Assembly: GCA_951406725.2 (NCBI GenBank)
Contig: OX597814.1
Span: forward strand, 84,196,001 to 84,260,000
Reading direction: 5' to 3'
From: Octopus vulgaris
Lineage: Eukaryota
Length of the DNA stretch: 64,000 bases
A program made the translations under genes and the position numbers. This document shows positions 55,785-64,000 of this stretch, piece after piece. The stretch's first letter is position 1. The number at the start of each line of letters is the position of its first letter. The notes under the pieces are model-generated. The model ran no database searches, was not told where the DNA came from, and saw only the letters and a program-made list of their open reading frames with translations.

Positions 55785-57103
55785 TATGTATGTACATATG
55801 TGTGTGTGTCTGTCTGTCTGTATAATAGACTAGTTAAAATAATAGTTATTACATATAATTCTTTTATTATAAAAATTTGGTATGCAATTATTTCCAGCAG
55901 TCATTATAGATAGGTTTACTCAATTGATCTATTGATCAATTGAGGAAAATTCAAACACCTAAGACCTATTTACCCTTTTTACAGTACAACAGCAGTCCAA
56001 AGGCTGAACTCAGGAAAAGAATAGGAGAATACCGTTTGTGAATGTTTTCAGGGCTAAAATTCCTTCTTCAAATGAGATTATCGTTCCTGGAAATTAGATG
56101 TGTATAAACAAAGTACATACTTGCTAAGTAACTTAAGTCAGATAAATACTCCCAAAATCATCGTGATTTGCGCTTCAGAATAGACTATTCAGCTTTCATA
56201 TTTTTGTTGCATATCGCTACAGATTAATAGAAGGGGGAAGATATTATTCACAAGCCTGAAACCTATTCCGAAAAAATATGCTTGCAACATACTATGCTCC
56301 GCTCAAGATAGCCAAGAAAAATGTGATGGCGCCAAACCAGACATTGGGTTGAGTTTATCACATAAAATGCATCTTTGATATTCAGAGATAAGAGCGTGGA
56401 TTTTGGCGATCAATCGAATCTGGTTTTTCTCTGATTGAATAGGAACAAGCCTTGTTATTGGATCCTTATTATAAAGGTTTTATGGTTCTTCTCTGAAGAA
56501 AGTTTACGACGAAGATGGTGGAAAAAAATAAGGATGATAACAATGAATGCAAAGATGACAGTAAAACAGACGATAATGACAATGTCAATGATGATGAAAA
56601 AGATGACTGTGGCTACGGCAACGCTAAGGATAATAGCATTGAAGGCGATGCTACGTACGCAAGGCAATAGCGGCAATAGCACACACACACAAGCAAACAT
56701 GCACGTGTGCACACACATTATACGTATACGCAGATGAGACAAGCGGGCAGACAAATAATCTGGTAGGTCAAGAGATAAGTAGATAAATGAGAAAACGTAA
56801 GTTGAAGACAAATTTCAGCACAAGAATTTTTATTGCAGAAGACAATAATAACAGAGAAAGCAATTACCGAAAGCTTACATATTTTTATGCAATAGAATCC
56901 TTGGGGAAATAATAAACATGATAGATGTATATGTGTGTGTGTGTATGGACGCATATATATTTATAAATACATATACATACACACATACATAAGTATATAA
57001 TTATATGCACATATACATTCATGCATATATATATATGCGAAATGCAAGTACGCAGAAACATATATGTACTATATATATATATATATGTGTGTGTATGTAT
57101 GTA

Positions 57104-57136
<33 letters not shown>

Positions 57137-57203
57137 GCGAAATACAAATACATAGAAACATATATGTATTATATATATGTGTGTGTATATATATATACAT
57201 ATA

Positions 57204-57277
<74 letters not shown>

Positions 57278-57577
57278 AAATACAAATACATAGGGACATA
57301 TATATATAGACGTAGGTATATTTATATATATATACACACATGCATTTACATATGTATATATATATTGCCACATATATACATATATATACAAATACATATG
57401 AAAACATTTATATATAGAGAGAGATAGATGATGTTCGTATATACGCATATATAATACGTATGTTTATATATACGCACACAAGCACACACACACACAAACA
57501 CACATACACATATACACACATATGCATATGTGTGTGTGCATGTATATGTATTAATGTATGTATGTATGTATGTTTAA

Positions 57578-57620
<43 letters not shown>

Positions 57621-59345
57621 TAATACGCGCAGGCACACACGGAAGGGAGAGAGTAAAAGAGAGAGAGAGTAGCAATTCAGAAGTCTTTTTTCCATTTAAA
57701 CACACCATTTTTCCCTTTTTTCTATATCGTTAGTTTTCTTTGCATACATATTTAATACTTTCTTTGCTATTTTATTGCAAATATCTTTTCATTACATATA
57801 TACATAAATACAAACATACATACATACATACATGCATGCATGCACGCATGCATACATACATACATACATACATACATACATACAAACATGCATACATACA
57901 TACATACATACATACATACATACATACATACATACATACATACATACATACATACATACATACATACATACATACATACATACATGCACACATTGATACT
58001 GATATAGTTTTACATATATATTCATCGCTATAAAAATAGTCCAACCAAAAGCACAAGTCCAAAGCAAGAAATGGAAGAACTTCCTTCTCGCTACGTCATC
58101 ATTCGCGGAAACTTTCAGGCAAAATTTAAAGCTAGAAGTTTAGTTGATGACATGCCTAGGTCTGGAAGTTTCAACAATCTCAGTGAAACAGCCGTTTATT
58201 GCAATTCATTTTGAACAAAATCCACACAGATCATATAATGTTGGTGTCGCACATGAAGAGGAAACCAGCATTCCAATATGTTGGCGGTGTACAAATAGTT
58301 GATCTCTTGTTTTTCAAGAATAGCTGGTAAAACGTACTTGGATTTCCTGTTTTTGAGCTTCTTCCTGGTCAGGTGTACGGAACCACAATCACAGCCTTTC
58401 AGAATTTCGAGGTAAGAATCGAAATTTATAACAAATTGTACTACGTTCGATTTTGGCAGTCGAAAAAACTGTAAATATTTATTTTGTGTTGTGCATCCTA
58501 AAGTATACTAGACAAAATATCATTAACTATTCCCTCAAAAAAATATACATTTTTAATACCTTTGTTCATAGACAGATTAAACAATAAAAAAATTATAAAG
58601 AGGCTTTTGAATCATCTTGTATGTGTGCATATACATGTATGTATATGTGTGGGGGGTGACTGGACGGATGGTTGGATGGATGTATATTCACACGCACACA
58701 TACACACACACACATGGTCACGCTTCTCTGTGTTCCTCGCTCTGCATTTCTCTTGTCTAGTCCTTTAGGACATTTTTCATTTCTCCCATGTATTACTCTG
58801 CACTTGTCTGTCTGCCAGCCCACTGCTATTTTATTTTATTTTTGTACGTGTATTATTTTTTGTTGTATATGTATTATTATATTTGTCTTCGTCTGGCCCT
58901 AAGGCTATATTCTGTTTTTTATTTCATTTTTTGTCCTTCGTCCTTCCACAAACATTCTCGTCTCGAATTACTTTTATCCATTTTCGTATGTCCATTTCCA
59001 TATTTCTTGTTCATTCATTGTTTGTCCGTCTCGTTTTGTTATGTTATGTTTTGTTCGCATTCCCAGTAAGTTTTCTTGCTGGTTGCTTCCAGAGTAGAAG
59101 CAATATTATCGATAATGACACGAAATTGCGTTAGATACCCGGGCAGATAACTGATGAAAAGTTGGTGACCTTCTGTGTTTGTTTTCTGTTTGTCTGTGCA
59201 ATTAGTATATGCTTTTCAACTTGACGGGGGTTTTTTGGGGGGGGGGGCGATCGTTTGTTTATTACTATATGTGTTTCACTTCTGAAAAAAAAGTATATAA
59301 GCCTTCTGAGTGGATTCGGTGGACGGAATCTGAAAGAAGCCCATC

Positions 59346-59405
<60 letters not shown>

Positions 59406-60365
59406 GGTATCGCGAATTACCGCGCATCTGAATAAAATTCCATTATGTAAAACAGAAGCAGTATAAAATAGCCATCTAGTTTTATACTTAATGTAAATAC
59501 ATTCGTCCAGAGTTAGTAACTCTTATGGGCATGCTATGTTTGTAAAAACGCCATACATAATGAAAGAGAGATGAAATCGTCCCAGCAGCAGTTATATCAC
59601 GACTTTACGTATCTCTGAAGATTTTACAATACAATTTGCTTATGTAATCTGAATTGTATAATAAACATTCTGTTTTAAAGAAACGCGCGTAAGATAGTAT
59701 AATTAAATATTTTATGAAAAATCTCTCCTATTTTTGTTTCGTTTTCTTTACATACTCTGTGACATACCCAACTGCGGATTCCAACAAATGATAGTGCAGT
59801 ATAGTACGAGTTCTACTCAATGTTTCTCTTCAAGCATACGAGAATACACAAGGAGTTTTAAGTACCAGTTATTTGTCAACCAATTTAAATTTTGAATCGA
59901 TTACACATACATATTGAAATCATAAGAGTTTAGAAAATGCGAAAGAACGTGAAATAGCTCTTTTAGGGGGCGGCAAACTCGAAGCAGATAAAGCTATGAA
60001 TAATAGTGTGGAAACATTGGGGTTTGACAAGAGAAAGCTTCATCTGTTTGGAGTTACATTGTTCCAATACACAGACACACACATATAAATGTGTGTTCGT
60101 GTATGTGTATGCGCGCGCGTATCAATGTATTTATATATGTAAATACGTAGTTATTCATACATGTATGTTTATATATACAGACAGACTAAATGCCTACGTT
60201 CTTTGCATATCTAGAGTAGATATTTGTGTTCCTTCGAGCTTGTAAAGCACCTCGGACCTCCTAGTTTGATACGGTATTTATTTCTAATTGAATCTCCTCT
60301 ACACAAAATGCGTTTATATGTTTGTGTGTGTGTGTGTGTGTCTTGTATGTGTGTGCGTGTGTGTG

Positions 60366-60419
<54 letters not shown>

Positions 60420-61039
60420 TGCGTGTGTGTGTTCGTTAGTCGAGTCGCTTGATAGCTTTCATTTGCATCGGCCTTTTAACTTTCGCCTATGAAATAAAGC
60501 TGTTAGTGTTCCTTGTGGCTTTAAACCTATACAGCTATTACTACTACGACTACTGCTGATGATAATTGTTTCAAATTTTGGTACAAGGGCGGCAATATTT
60601 GAGGGGAGGGGAAACTCGATTACATCGATCCCAGAGCTCAGCTAATACTTATTTTATCGATTGTGAAGGGATGAACAGCTACGTCGACCTCTACAATTAT
60701 TAAAATAGGAACATAAAAAGCCTGAATAAATACTGCTAAGCATTTTATCCGGCACTCAGACGGGTCTGCCAGCTCACCGGCTTAATAACAAAAGTTGATG
60801 TCGTTGTTGTTGTCGTCGTTGTCATTATTGTTATTATTATTAAGGCGGCAGGCTGGCAGAAACGTTAGCATGCCGAGCAAAATGTTCAATGGCATTTCTT
60901 CCGTCTTTATGTTTTAAGTTCAAATTCCCCCGATGTCGACTTTGCCTTTTATCCTTTCGGGGTCTCTAAATTAAGTACCTCACCCCAGAATTTCAATCCT
61001 TGTGCCTATAGTAGAAATGACTGTTATTGTTATTGTTAT

Positions 61040-61484
61040 TCGGTAGTCATCACGTGCTTTCACTGCACTATCGGGCGCAGCTCTGTGTGCTTTGGATATG
61101 TGTTGGAGTTTGTTGTGATACTCTTATTTTTACTGTATTGAAAGTGTTTTACGTAGGATGTGTGCGATGACTAGTAGTGCTATTTTCTGAATGTTATATA
61201 TATTTGTTAATTCTGGTGTTTTTGTTATATATTTGACTGAATAATTTTTTATTATACCTAATGCATCTACTGTGATAGAAATTGTTTCTGTTTTTAGGTT
61301 TAACATTCGAGTTACTTCTATTTCCAGGTCTTTGTATTTTGAAAGTTTCTCCATTTCTTTTAGAGAAACGTCGTCATCTGTTGGTACTGATACATCGATT
61401 AGAAAGCATTTTATTTCTTGGCGATCTCTGACAACTATATCCGGCCTATTGGCCTTAATTTCTCTATCTGTGTGTATTAGCATA
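61040..61484 (-). mobile_element. 3' RLE fragment of a Dong/R4-like family
   Basis: IHTDREIKANRPDIVV..CFLIDVSVP..EKLSKYKDLEIE..ALGII; followed on the minus strand by a degenerate (AAT/AAC) tract at 61021-61040. Confidence 0.85.
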
Positions 61485-61654
61485 TTTGGCTGCTATTTCT
61501 ACCATGTCTAGCTACCATGTAAAGATCTGAACTTAATTTTCATTCACATATCTGCATTTCAAAAATTTAATATAATCTTTTCCATAAATCAACTATCGTA
61601 AACACATACACACACGCAAGCACGCACACACATATACACACACAGACACACACA

Positions 61655-61729
<75 letters not shown>

Positions 61730-62092
61730 ACACACATCCATTTCATATATCTTCTTTCAATTTCTGCTCTCTGCAAATAATTTTTTTACGAATAGAACTG
61801 CTTACAAAAATAGGAATTAATGTATAATTTCTTTCTATGTTCATAATTAAATCAATGTTTTAATGATTAGACAGAGGTCCAATAGAATAGCTCTCAAAAA
61901 CAGACTACGTACAAATTCATTCTTCACAACTCCTGAAGCTGTTTTCTGACAAGGGGGCGGGGAGTCAGAAAATGTTCATACAGCTGGAGGCTACAATCGA
62001 AACAGGGGACCCGAAATGATAAGGTTGAGAAACGCTGTTATAGATTATATTATGCCTAACCGAAAACGATCACGGCCACATCATCCAAACAG

Positions 62093-62120
62093 ACCGGGTG
62101 AAACCGGGCTTAGCTGCTAG
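62093..62120 (+). mobile_element. Helitron-type 3' terminus
   Basis: CCGG-GTGAAA-CCGG hairpin, short spacer, then CTAG|T. Confidence 0.55.
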
Positions 62121-62661
62121 TTACATATAATAGTATGCATTCGTTCGACCCTGCTGATTCACTTGGTCGTTATCCTCTGTTTCTCGCTTCAATACGTTCG
62201 TTTACTCCACAAAATGTGAATCCATACAAGGAACACTTCCAAGAAGATGAAATAAACGTACTCAGCACAGAGCTTGATACGAAACACAGCTACTGGTGTG
62301 AAGAGACTTTAACTCCTAAATTATTTGTATATAAGGATAGTATAGAGTTAACTGATTTAGATAAACGTCATTTGTAATGTTGACAGATCAGGCTAGGTCA
62401 GTGTTTCTCTTGGCAGAAGAATCTGAGAGAATTGACAAGGGGCTGACAAATTGCCGTGTTTAATATAATTAAGATAGCCTCCAGCTTTTTTAAATATGTC
62501 CAACACCATAATCAAAAAATAAAAATACAGAACTAAGTAGATGAAACTCTGTTCTGTCTTCTCATCAATAACTGGCGGTAAGGATGGGGTAAAAAAATTC
62601 ACACGTACACACACATACAAATTAATATATGTACACATGTATGAGAGTGTGTGTGTGTTTA

Positions 62662-63710
<1,049 letters not shown>

Positions 63711-63714
63711 ATCG

Positions 63715-64000
63715 AGCAGAGACCATAAACCCATGTCTTATTAACAATGATGATGATCTTCATGAAATTTGGGTTGTGGTTTGCATCGTCCAACATGTCC
63801 TGAGTGATTTCCATGCGGAGTTGCTTCTGGAGCTCCGCCAGCACCTTGGGGACGAATTACATCGGTACTCTCCTCATGCACAAATCCTTCGTTAAAATGG
63901 AATGCATTGATTCTGTGATTATTCTCACTTTGTGAGCAATTTACTGGATTGTTTTTACGACGATGTTTTATGACTATTCACCAAACGTTCTCAATCGACT
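63715..64000 (-). mobile_element. Mariner transposase fragment running off the window
   Basis: QKQLRMEITQDML..NPNFMKIIIIVNKTWVYG matches the decayed mariner IITGDETWVYG region. Confidence 0.7.

Overview
Eukaryotic, AT-rich, extremely microsatellite-dense intronic/intergenic DNA. The SINE families and repeat landscape suggest a coleoid cephalopod, most likely an octopus (inference). Nearly all ORFs in the track are translations of simple repeats. One host gene is clear: a large minus-strand exon (ATG 15394 to splice donor 13989) encoding a secreted group III (bee-venom-type) phospholipase A2 precursor, with a signal peptide, a roughly 370-aa polybasic pro-region and the N-terminal part of the catalytic domain. 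Its next exon was not found, so it probably lies beyond position 1. The rest is mobile DNA: R4/Dong-like RLE retrotransposons in (TAA)n or (CATA)n arrays, Penelope-like GIY-YIG remnants, five hammerhead-ribozyme-like motifs (four in short units next to (TA)n), Tc1 (DD36E), mariner, maT, Helitron, hAT, RTE/L2 fragments, a MITE and many tRNA-derived SINEs. The best leads are the hammerhead mini-elements, the apparent partitioning of microsatellite targets among retroelement families, the prohormone-like PLA2 pro-region, and several palindromic or fold-back structures. Boundaries of degraded elements are approximate.
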